Virus record (IMG/VR): IMGVR_UViG_2562617090_000005
Direction: 5' to 3' (one strand)
Source of the DNA: a virus
Taxonomy: Duplodnaviria > Caudoviricetes
DNA length: 64,000 bases
The position numbers and the translations under genes are program-made. Below the pieces are notes generated by a model. The model was given only the letters and a program-made list of their open reading frames with translations. It ran no database searches and was not told the DNA's origin. This document shows, one piece after another, positions 39,604 to 48,603 of the stretch; positions within the stretch are counted from its first letter, which is position 1, and each line of letters starts with the position of its first letter.

Positions 39604-39632
39604 TTGATAAACCTTTGATAACTGCCTATAAT
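39604..39632 (+). promoter_or_regulatory. sigma70-type promoter
   Basis: TTGATA-17 bp-TATAAT. Confidence 0.5.
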
Positions 39633-39693
39633 AGAGTTATTATTTTGAACTGCTATAACAGAGAAATGCAAAAAATTAAAATTTTCCGCCCGT

Positions 39694-39726
39694 TGTAACA
39701 TTTCGCGGACATTTGGGGTTTACAAT
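39694..39726 (+). promoter_or_regulatory. response-regulator box plus -10 (copy 1)
   Basis: ACATTT-N5-ACATTT then N6-TACAAT. Confidence 0.65.
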
Positions 39727-39756
39727 GGCCTTATCAAATATGGAGGTGATACAACT

Positions 39757-42165
39757 ATGACATGGCCTTTTGAGAATGACACCAGCGCCATTGTAAAAAA
39801 ATTAGCAGACCGAAGCATGAAAGCGGATAAAAGACGCAATGCGTTTATTATCATAACGATTGCTTTTGCAGTTAGTTTGATGATGGTATTAGCACTATAT
39901 AATCTCGGAACAGACCGTGAAAATAGGCTTTATCTGCAAGGACGCTACCAGAGCAGCTTTATTAACAGTACCAGTGCCGTCTTTGAAAAACTGGAACATA
40001 ACAACCAGATTGAAGCAGTCGGCAAAGAGGCTGCAATGGGAACGAGCCGTATCAATGACTACACTTTGGATGTGTATTACAGAGATCAAAATGCACTTGA
40101 ACTAAAAGGCGTTACTGACTTGCTGGGAAAAATGCCGGAGGCAGAAAATGAAATCATTGTGGAACAGTCCTATTTGGAGCATTTAGGGCTGCCGGTTCAA
40201 CTGGATCAAACCGTTACACTGGATATGCCTTTTGGAGAAAATCAGACATATCATGTTTGCGGCATTATTCAAAGCAGTAATGCGTCCCGTATTTATCAAG
40301 TCATTGTATCGGATGGCTTATATAGCCGGTATGGAAAAGCAAACTGTTACGATCTTTTGGTTCGCGTGAAAAATACCGAAAATATGGACAGCGAAACTTT
40401 GAAACTGCTGATAAACGAAATTGCGGAACAAAGCGGTGTACCTGAACAGTATGTTATGTATAGCTCTACCTACTTTGGATTGGCAGAAGAAAAATCCACG
40501 CAGGAGCTATTGGTGATTATCGGAGCAAGCAGTTTAATTGTACTGGCCTGTTCTTTGGTTATTTACAGCCTGTTCTACATTTCTGTTATCGGGAAAACAC
40601 ATGAATATGGCAGACTGCGTGTGCTGGGGGCTACATCGGTTCAGATCAAGCGTATCGTGCGAAAAGAAAGTTTTTTGTTATCCTGTGCTGCAATTCCTAT
40701 CGGCGTTGTATTGGGAAGTGTTTTGGGCTATTGTTTCGTCCCGGACGGCTGGCATTGGATGACTACACTGGAATGTGCCGTTGTGATTGCCCTTGTTACA
40801 GAAATTGCCTTAAAAATTGCTGTCCATACCCCTGTAAAGAAAGCCTCTATGGTATCGCCTATTGAGGCGCTGCGAATCAATACGACTGATACACCGGCGA
40901 CAGAAAAAACGCGGATCGAACATCGAAAAATCACGCCATCTTCGCTTGCCCGAATGAGCTTTGCCCGGAACAAGAAAAAAGCTATACTAACCATATTGTC
41001 TTTGGGATTTGCCGGAGTTTTACTGATGTGTGCCGCCACCTACCTTAATTCAACTGATGTAGAAAGCATGGCAAAACAGCAATTTGCAAATGGCGACATT
41101 GTACTTTCCCTTGATCCCGCCAACACAAATGCGGAAGATCGCCCCGCCGGGATCAATGCACTTCAAACAAAAAATCCATTGGATGAAGTTTTGGAAGAAA
41201 CGATTTCAGATATGGATGGCGTAAAGAATATTGAATTTATACAGGGCTGTGTTTCAAATATGGAATTTCCCACTCCTTTCAAGGATGGTAACAGCCATTT
41301 CTTTACCCAAATTGGAATCCCCGAAAATCAGTACGAGGCCTTTTCACAAGGACTAATTGAGGGAACCGCAGACCGCCAGAAACTTATCAATGGAAAAGGA
41401 GTTATCGTTGATAATTCCGCCAAGCTGTTAAGCGACTATTATAATTACACTCCTCAAATTGGCGATATAGTCAAAGTGGAAACAGCGGATGGACAATGGG
41501 AAGAATTTACTGTAATGGGGATTGGGAAAGCTCCTAATCTCGGTGGGGATTCAGCTTCTTTCTATTTTCCGCAGGAACTCTTACCTATGATGAAAGAAAA
41601 TGTTTCCAACTTCAACATAACCTGCATTGTAGATGTGGAAAGAGATCAGCTTACAGAAGTTGAGAATAAGATTTTCCAGTTGGCGGAAAATCGTGGAGGT
41701 ATAGAAGTTTTCAGTATCAGCGATATTATTACTTATCTGCAAGAGGAAATGGATAACATAAAAATGCCGTTATACGGATTGGTATTTTTCATTGCTGTTT
41801 TTGGGCTAATCAGCCTTATCAACACGCTAATGACAAACATTATATCAAGACAGCAGGAATTTGGTATTTTACAGTCTGTGGGATTGAGCAGTAAGCAATT
41901 CTCCAAAATGCTGCAAACAGAATGTTTCTATTATGTTTCTGGTACGGCTATTCTAACTTTAACGATTGGAACTTTAACAGGATTTGTACTTTGCAAAGTT
42001 TTCAATCAGGTTGGGACATTCGGGACATTGACTTATCATTTTCCAGTTTTAGAAATAAGCATATATTTTGTAGCGCTTTTCTTCATACTGGCAGCTTACT
42101 CCGTTTTCTCTGTACGATATAGCAAAAGACATCCTGTGATCGAGCGCATTAAAACAATGGAGTAA
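39757..42165 (+). CDS. ABC permease, tandem FtsX/MacB type (permease 1, no adjacent ATPase)
   Basis: MTWPFENDT start, two large extracellular domains, IYSLFYIS, RQQEFGILQSVG. Confidence 0.9.
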   Translation: MTWPFENDTSAIVKKLADRSMKADKRRNAFIIITIAFAVSLMMVLALYNLGTDRENRLYLQGRYQSSFINSTSAVFEKLEHNNQIEAVGKEAAMGTSRINDYTLDVYYRDQNALELKGVTDLLGKMPEAENEIIVEQSYLEHLGLPVQLDQTVTLDMPFGENQTYHVCGIIQSSNASRIYQVIVSDGLYSRYGKANCYDLLVRVKNTENMDSETLKLLINEIAEQSGVPEQYVMYSSTYFGLAEEKSTQELLVIIGASSLIVLACSLVIYSLFYISVIGKTHEYGRLRVLGATSVQIKRIVRKESFLLSCAAIPIGVVLGSVLGYCFVPDGWHWMTTLECAVVIALVTEIALKIAVHTPVKKASMVSPIEALRINTTDTPATEKTRIEHRKITPSSLARMSFARNKKKAILTILSLGFAGVLLMCAATYLNSTDVESMAKQQFANGDIVLSLDPANTNAEDRPAGINALQTKNPLDEVLEETISDMDGVKNIEFIQGCVSNMEFPTPFKDGNSHFFTQIGIPENQYEAFSQGLIEGTADRQKLINGKGVIVDNSAKLLSDYYNYTPQIGDIVKVETADGQWEEFTVMGIGKAPNLGGDSASFYFPQELLPMMKENVSNFNITCIVDVERDQLTEVENKIFQLAENRGGIEVFSISDIITYLQEEMDNIKMPLYGLVFFIAVFGLISLINTLMTNIISRQQEFGILQSVGLSSKQFSKMLQTECFYYVSGTAILTLTIGTLTGFVLCKVFNQVGTFGTLTYHFPVLEISIYFVALFFILAAYSVFSVRYSKRHPVIERIKTME

Positions 42166-42203
42166 ATTTTCCTTTATCAGAAAATTGTGTTTTCTGCAAC
42201 TAA

Positions 42204-42223
42204 GGACATTTGCCTGTTATACT
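42204..42223 (+). promoter_or_regulatory. TCS promoter with half box
   Basis: GGACATTT-N6-TATACT, same spacing as the cassette promoters. Confidence 0.5.
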
Positions 42224-42251
42224 ATCTGCAAAAAGCAAAGGAAGTGAGGAT

Positions 42252-42944
42252 ATGAAGCAGATTTTAATTGTCGAGGACGACAGTTTTTTGAATAAGATGT
42301 TAGACTATAACCTGACCGCAGACGGCTACGGCGTGACTTCTGCCCTAAATGCCAGAACCGCAGCCGACGCCATCCGCCAGCGGGAATTTGATTTAGTGCT
42401 GCTGGACATCAACCTGCCGGACGGGAACGGTTTTGAGCTGTGCAAGCTGATAAAGCCCCAGCACCCGGACACCATCGTAATATTCCTGACCGCCAACGAT
42501 CAGGAGAGCGACCAGATACGGGGCTATGAGGTGGGTGCGGTGGACTACATCACAAAGCCTTTTGTGATTGGGGCCTTGCAGCGGAAAATCAAAGCCATGT
42601 TCGCCATGCTGGAACACCACAAACCGGCCAAGGACATTTACGACGACGGGCGGCTGTTTCTGGACTTCTCGGAGCAGACGGCTTCCTTAAATGGCAAGCC
42701 CCTGACCCTATCCCCGATGGAGTACAAAATGCTGAACCTGTTCCGCAAAAATCCCCGGCAAGTGCTGACCCGTGGGCAGCTTTTGGAAAAGCTGTGGGAT
42801 ATAGACGAAAGGTTTGTGGACGAACACACCCTGACAACCTCCATCAGCCGGATTCGCAGCAAGATCGAAGCCGACGGCGGCGCGCCCTACATCAAGACCG
42901 TTTACGGCATGGGCTATCAATGGACGGGAGGCGAGGCAAAATGA
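42252..42944 (+). CDS. OmpR-family response regulator
   Basis: IVEDD, LLDINLPDG, YITKPF, wHTH IKTVYGMGY. Confidence 0.93.
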   Translation: MKQILIVEDDSFLNKMLDYNLTADGYGVTSALNARTAADAIRQREFDLVLLDINLPDGNGFELCKLIKPQHPDTIVIFLTANDQESDQIRGYEVGAVDYITKPFVIGALQRKIKAMFAMLEHHKPAKDIYDDGRLFLDFSEQTASLNGKPLTLSPMEYKMLNLFRKNPRQVLTRGQLLEKLWDIDERFVDEHTLTTSISRIRSKIEADGGAPYIKTVYGMGYQWTGGEAK

Positions 42945-43972
42945 AGTTTCAAAACCTCTCGGTAAAGCGGCTGTTTGGCCGGGTGGCAATAGGGCTTGTC
43001 CTCTCCATGTCCGGGATTACCATAGCCCTGTTTCTTGTGACAAAACAGATTGCGGTGCTGCTGACGGGCGGGGCGCTGCTGCTGTGCGCCCTTGTGGGGA
43101 TTTTTGTACTGACGCAGGCGTTTGGAAAGCGGCTGTCGCAGTTTACCGCTGACCTGTGCCAGACTTTAGACCACATGATCGCTGGGAATGAAGCGCCCCA
43201 GCGCCCAGAGGACAGCGAAACCCAGCTTGCCAGAATCGGACACCGGCTGGCAAGGCTTTACCAGATCATGCAGGAGAACCGCCGCCGGGTGGACGAGGAA
43301 CGGCAGGAGTTACAGACCCTTGTATCGGATATTTCCCATCAGGTGAAAACGCCGGTAAGCAATCTGAAAATGGCGACGGACACCCTGCTGGAAAAGCCTA
43401 TGACCGAGGCGGAGCGCACCGACTTTATCCGGGGAATCCGCAGCCAGACGGATAAGCTGGACTTTCTCTTTCAGGCCCTTGTGAAAACCTCCCGTCTGGA
43501 AACAGGCGTGATCCAGTTGGACAAGAAGCTGAGCCGCCTCTTTGATACCGTGGCGCAGGCCATGAGTGGGATCGTGTATGCAGCGGAGAAAAAGGAAATC
43601 GCCGTGTCTGTGGACTGCCCGGAGGATTTGACCGTTTCCCATGACAGCAAGTGGACATCCGAAGCCCTCTTTAACTTGTTGGACAATGCGGTGAAGTACA
43701 CCCCGGCGGGCGGGAAAATCGCTGTGTCGGTGGTGCTGTGGGAAATGTATGTGGAGATCAAAGTGACCGACACCGGCAAGGGCATTTCCGAAAGCAATCA
43801 GGCTGCCATCTTCCGGCGCTTCTATCGTGAGGAAGAAGTACACGAACAGCAGGGCGTGGGCATTGGCCTGTATCTGGCCCGCGAGATTGTAACGCGGCAG
43901 GGCGGCTATATCAAAGTGGTTTCGGAGCCGGGCAAGGGTTCAGAATTTTCCATTATGCTGCCTACAAAATAG
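42941..43972 (+). CDS. intramembrane-sensing histidine kinase
   Basis: Two TMs with a tiny loop, ISHQVKTP H-box, NLLDNAVKY, DTGKG, GIGLY. Confidence 0.92.
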   Translation: MKFQNLSVKRLFGRVAIGLVLSMSGITIALFLVTKQIAVLLTGGALLLCALVGIFVLTQAFGKRLSQFTADLCQTLDHMIAGNEAPQRPEDSETQLARIGHRLARLYQIMQENRRRVDEERQELQTLVSDISHQVKTPVSNLKMATDTLLEKPMTEAERTDFIRGIRSQTDKLDFLFQALVKTSRLETGVIQLDKKLSRLFDTVAQAMSGIVYAAEKKEIAVSVDCPEDLTVSHDSKWTSEALFNLLDNAVKYTPAGGKIAVSVVLWEMYVEIKVTDTGKGISESNQAAIFRRFYREEEVHEQQGVGIGLYLAREIVTRQGGYIKVVSEPGKGSEFSIMLPTK

Positions 43973-44139
43973 AACGCGGCGGACGGCCATTTCCGGCTGC
44001 CCGCCGTAAATTTTTTTGAAATGTCCGAGCGTTGTAACATTTCACCCCGATTTTCAATGAAATTTTTTGGCCGCTGTAACATTTCGCGGACATTTGGGTT
44101 TTACAATGACCTTATCAACAAAAGTGAGGAGGCGACGCA

Positions 44140-44400
44140 ATGGAACTGACCCCTACCTTGATTTTGAATTTGGCGCTGCTGATCGTCCCGCCCGTTACCC
44201 TTGTGCTGGTGTTCCGGCAATGGCTGGCCCGGCACATCCGCTGGACAGTTGCCTTGACTGCCCTCTGGGATGTTCTCCTGTTTTGGGATGAACTGTTTTA
44301 CTATGAGAGCTTCGGCCTGTTCGCTGTGCTGATTCTGGTACAGTTGGCGGCCACCGGCGCAGCAGCGTTCCGCTTTTACAACAAACAAAGAAAGGATTGA
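44140..44400 (+). CDS. small 3-TM membrane protein, copy 1
   Basis: GAGGAGG RBS; three near-identical copies in the window. Confidence 0.85.
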   Translation: MELTPTLILNLALLIVPPVTLVLVFRQWLARHIRWTVALTALWDVLLFWDELFYYESFGLFAVLILVQLAATGAAAFRFYNKQRKD

Positions 44401-44405
44401 ATTTT

Positions 44406-45071
44406 ATGAGCATTTTACAGACTATCGACCTGAAAAAGTATTACGGTACAGAGCCGAACATTACCCGCGCCCTTGACGGCGTGAACTTCTCCGTAAATGA
44501 CGGCGAATTTGTGGCCGTTGTGGGAACCTCCGGCAGCGGCAAGTCTACCCTGCTTCACATGATGGGCGGGCTGGACACCCCTACTTCCGGCAATGTGATT
44601 GTCCGGGACAAAGAGCTGTCGAAAATGAACGACGAACAGCTCACCATCTTCCGCCGCCGCAACATCGGCTTTATCTTCCAGAACTATAACCTTGTTCCGA
44701 TCCTGAATGTGTATGAGAACATTGTCCTGCCGGTGGAGCTGGACGGGGACACGGTGGATCAGAAGTTTTTGGACGAGATCGTTTACCTGCTGGGGCTGGA
44801 AGATAAACTGAAAAATATGCCGAACAATCTTTCCGGCGGACAGCAGCAGCGTGTGGCGATTGCCCGCGCCCTGATTACCAAACCGGCTATCGTGCTGGCC
44901 GACGAACCGACCGGCAACCTTGACAGCAAGACCAGTGCCGAGGTGCTGGGGCTTATCAAGCGCACCAGTGCGGAGTTCCGGCAAACTGTCGTGATGATTA
45001 CCCACAACAACGACATTGCCCGCCTTGCAGATCGGATTGTCCGCATTGAGGACGGCAAGATTGTGGAGTAA
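44406..45071 (+). CDS. ABC ATP-binding protein (LolD/MacB-like), copy 1
   Basis: GTSGSGKST, LSGGQQQR, LADEPTGNLD. Confidence 0.95.
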   Translation: MSILQTIDLKKYYGTEPNITRALDGVNFSVNDGEFVAVVGTSGSGKSTLLHMMGGLDTPTSGNVIVRDKELSKMNDEQLTIFRRRNIGFIFQNYNLVPILNVYENIVLPVELDGDTVDQKFLDEIVYLLGLEDKLKNMPNNLSGGQQQRVAIARALITKPAIVLADEPTGNLDSKTSAEVLGLIKRTSAEFRQTVVMITHNNDIARLADRIVRIEDGKIVE

Positions 45072-45085
45072 GGAGGTGGCAGGCT

Positions 45086-47470
45086 ATGACATGGCCTTTT
45101 GAAAATGATACCAGCGCCATAGTAAAGCGCATATCAAACCGCAGTATATCGGCAAATCGAAAAAGAAATATCTTTATTGTTTTGACGATTGCACTTGCCA
45201 GCGCATTGCTATCTGCTATTGTCCTCTATGGCTTTGGGGTTATGCAGGAAACGCAGAACCGCAACCAAAAAACAGCGCAGATTATGTATCATGCGATTTC
45301 TGAACAACAGGGACAGGAACTATACAAGCAAGAAGAAATTGCGTGGGTTGGGGAATTTTTTAACGCATTTTCTGAACAGGTAAACCATTCAACCGTGAAT
45401 TTTACTTATGCAAATGCAGATATGCTAAAATCCCAAAGTATGCCCTATTCGGGAGATTTACCAGCTTCGGAGAATGAAATTGTAGTGCAAGAATCCTTTT
45501 TGGATAGTTTGGGCTATTCAAATGAATTGGGACAGACAATTCAAATCCCCTTTTCTGACGGCACTACCCATGATTTCAAATTGACGGGAATCTTAGATGT
45601 GAAAACCGGCGATATTGGGCGCTATACAGCCATTATATCGAAAGAATTAGTAAGACAGCAGTATGGCGACGAGGGCATGATTGATTATTACATTGGGCTG
45701 AAAGGCGCTCAAAATATGAGCGAGGAAGAAGCCACCAACTATGCAAACACTCTGGCACAGGAATTAGAAATTTCCGATGATAGTGTGATTGTCCGTTCCA
45801 CATATTTTAACTTAAAGGACGAAAATCACGGAAGCGATATGCTGTTCTATTTCTTGATCGGTTTTGTAACTTTCATTGGTTCCGGCATTGTGATCTATTC
45901 GATTTTTTATATTTCAGTAGCAAGCAGTATCCGTAACTATGGACAGCTTCGCACAATCGGAACTACAAAACGACAGATCAAAAAGATGGTTTACCGCGAG
46001 GGAAAATTACTTGCTGCCATTGCTATCCCGATTGGTCTGGTTATTGGAAATGTGATTGGGTACTTCCTGATTCCTGCCGGTTGGTACTGGCTGACTACTT
46101 TATGTGTGACGGCCGGGGTTGGCCTTTTTGCATTTATTATTGTGATGATTGCCATTCATACTCCTGTAAAAAGAGCTGCGGCAGTATCTCCGCTGGAAGC
46201 ATTGCGATATTCCGATTATCAGGGGAAGATGAAAGAAAGTTCCGTGTTGCACCGTAAAATAACGCCTGCTTCACTTGCTAAAATGAATCTGTCCAGACAA
46301 AAGGCAAAGTCCACTTTAACAATACTTTCTCTTTCACTCGGCGGAGTATTGGTTGTATTGATTTCGACAATGTTAGTTTCCTATGATGGCGTTGCAGAGG
46401 CAAGAGGCAGGGCTTTCCCTGTCGGTGAATTTAACATTCAGCTCAACGCAAATCAATCGTGGGACACTGCTGGTATTTCTTTGTCTGGATTGCAGCAAAA
46501 GAATTTTCTAAATGCCGATTTTGTAAATGCAGTAGAATCTATTGATGGGGTTACAGGAATCAAGCGCTGGTATTACACGGACGCAGAATATCGTGTAAAT
46601 GGTAATTCTGGAAAATGGATTCAGGGCTTTTGCCGAGATGAACAGCAGAATTTGGAGAAAGAGCGAATTGCGGGAACGACTGATTATGATGAACTGGTGG
46701 CAGGCAATGGAATTGTCTTGCTTCAAGAGCGTGCCGATTTCTATGATATTGAGGCCGCGTTGGGTGATACCGTCGAAGTGGACTATAAAACCGAATCCGG
46801 CCAAATTCGCTCAAAGACCTATACCGTCATGGGCATTGTAAACGAATATTCTTACTCCGGCTTCTCAAAATGCTTTGCGCTTCCGGAGCAGTTTATGAAT
46901 GAAGCGACCGGGATAGATTGCACAGGTACGATTTCCGTAATTACCGATATGGAAAAATATGATACGGTTGAAGCTGCATTAAATCAACTGATAGACGGAA
47001 ATAGCGATTTGGTTATGGAAACCATAAAAGAAAGTATCACTTATTATAGCGGACTTCAACAACTTTCTTTCGGAGTATTGTTGATCGTGGCTGTTATTGT
47101 CGTGTGCTTTTCTTTAATCAACCTTGTCAATACGACAATCACAAACTTTCTGTCCCGCAGGCAGGAAATTGGAATGTTACAGGCGATTGGTTTGAGTAAA
47201 AAGCAGCTTATCAAAATGCTGTGCTATGAGGGGTTGATGTATTCAGTTTTTGCTACGCTGGTAACATTGGTTTTAGGGACTGGACTGGGCTTCCTATCCG
47301 TACAGGTAGTTGTGAAAACGATGAATCCATACTTTCACTATTCATTTCCGTGGCTGATCGTATTGATATATTTAGCAATCCTGCTGATTGTGCAATTCAC
47401 CTTGATTTCTTACACAACTGGAAATCTGAAAAAGCAATCTCTTGTTGAGCAAATCAGGACGATGGAATAG
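45086..47470 (+). CDS. ABC permease, tandem FtsX type (permease 2)
   Basis: MTWPFENDT, IYSIFYIS, RRQEIGMLQAIG. Confidence 0.9.
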   Translation: MTWPFENDTSAIVKRISNRSISANRKRNIFIVLTIALASALLSAIVLYGFGVMQETQNRNQKTAQIMYHAISEQQGQELYKQEEIAWVGEFFNAFSEQVNHSTVNFTYANADMLKSQSMPYSGDLPASENEIVVQESFLDSLGYSNELGQTIQIPFSDGTTHDFKLTGILDVKTGDIGRYTAIISKELVRQQYGDEGMIDYYIGLKGAQNMSEEEATNYANTLAQELEISDDSVIVRSTYFNLKDENHGSDMLFYFLIGFVTFIGSGIVIYSIFYISVASSIRNYGQLRTIGTTKRQIKKMVYREGKLLAAIAIPIGLVIGNVIGYFLIPAGWYWLTTLCVTAGVGLFAFIIVMIAIHTPVKRAAAVSPLEALRYSDYQGKMKESSVLHRKITPASLAKMNLSRQKAKSTLTILSLSLGGVLVVLISTMLVSYDGVAEARGRAFPVGEFNIQLNANQSWDTAGISLSGLQQKNFLNADFVNAVESIDGVTGIKRWYYTDAEYRVNGNSGKWIQGFCRDEQQNLEKERIAGTTDYDELVAGNGIVLLQERADFYDIEAALGDTVEVDYKTESGQIRSKTYTVMGIVNEYSYSGFSKCFALPEQFMNEATGIDCTGTISVITDMEKYDTVEAALNQLIDGNSDLVMETIKESITYYSGLQQLSFGVLLIVAVIVVCFSLINLVNTTITNFLSRRQEIGMLQAIGLSKKQLIKMLCYEGLMYSVFATLVTLVLGTGLGFLSVQVVVKTMNPYFHYSFPWLIVLIYLAILLIVQFTLISYTTGNLKKQSLVEQIRTME

Positions 47471-47657
47471 CCGTATGGGATCGGCGGGGCGGCGTGTGCT
47501 GCCCCGCTTTTTTCGCCATTTCTCAAAAAATTTTTGAAATGTCCGAGCGTTGTAACATTTCACCCCGATTTTCAATGAAATTTTTTAGCCGCTGTAACAT
47601 TTCGCGGACATTTGGGTTTTACAATGACCTTATCAACAAAAGTGAGGAGGCGACGCA

Positions 47658-47918
47658 ATGGAATTGACTCCGACATTGATTTTGAATCTGGCGCTGCTGA
47701 TCGTCCCGCCCGTTACCCTTGTGCTGGTGTTCTGGCAATGGCTGGCCCGGCACATCCGCTGGGTGGTTGCCTTGACTGCTCTCTGTGATGTTCTCCTGTT
47801 TTGGGATGAATTGTTCTACTATGAGAGCTTCGGCCTGTTCGCTGTGCTGATTCTGGTGCAGTTGGTGGCCACCGGCGCAGCAGCGTTCCGCATTTACAAC
47901 AAACAAAGAAAGGATTGA
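47658..47918 (+). CDS. small 3-TM membrane protein, copy 2
   Basis: Near-identical to 44140..44400. Confidence 0.85.
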   Translation: MELTPTLILNLALLIVPPVTLVLVFWQWLARHIRWVVALTALCDVLLFWDELFYYESFGLFAVLILVQLVATGAAAFRIYNKQRKD

Positions 47919-47923
47919 ATTTT

Positions 47924-48589
47924 ATGAGCATTTTACAGACTATCAACCTGAAAAAGTATTACGGCACAGAGCCGAATATCACCCGCGCCCTTGATGGCGT
48001 GAACTTCTCCGTGGAGGACGGCGAGTTTGTGGCCGTTGTGGGAACCTCCGGCAGCGGCAAGTCCACCCTGCTTCACATGATGGGCGGGCTGGACACCCCT
48101 ACTTCCGGCAATGTGATTGTCCGGGACAAAGAGCTGTCGAAAATGAACGACGAACAGCTCACCATCTTCCGCCGCCGCAACATCGGCTTTATCTTCCAGA
48201 ACTATAACCTTGTTCCCATCCTGAATGTGTATGAGAACATCGTCCTGCCGGTGGAGCTGGACGGGGACACGGTGGATCAGAAGTTTTTGGACGAGATCGT
48301 TCACCTGCTGGGACTGGAAGATAAACTGAAAAATATGCCGAACAATCTTTCCGGCGGACAGCAGCAGCGTGTGGCGATTGCCCGCGCCTTGATTACCAAA
48401 CCGGCTATTGTGCTGGCCGACGAGCCGACCGGCAACCTTGACAGTAAGACCAGCGCCGAGGTGCTGGGGCTTATCAAGCGCACCAGTGCAGAGTTCCGGC
48501 AAACTGTTGTGATGATTACCCACAACAACGACATAGCCCGCCTTGCAGATCGGATTGTCCGCATTGAGGACGGAAAAATTGTGGAGTAA
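47924..48589 (+). CDS. ABC ATP-binding protein, copy 2
   Basis: Walker A/B and signature motifs as in copy 1. Confidence 0.95.
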   Translation: MSILQTINLKKYYGTEPNITRALDGVNFSVEDGEFVAVVGTSGSGKSTLLHMMGGLDTPTSGNVIVRDKELSKMNDEQLTIFRRRNIGFIFQNYNLVPILNVYENIVLPVELDGDTVDQKFLDEIVHLLGLEDKLKNMPNNLSGGQQQRVAIARALITKPAIVLADEPTGNLDSKTSAEVLGLIKRTSAEFRQTVVMITHNNDIARLADRIVRIEDGKIVE

Positions 48590-48603
48590 GGAGGTGGCAG
48601 GCG

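Larger units (their letters stand above)
44013..45115 (+). repeat. cassette repeat A (promoter, 86-aa gene, ATPase, permease head)
   Basis: Near-identical to 47531-48633 by direct comparison. Confidence 0.9.
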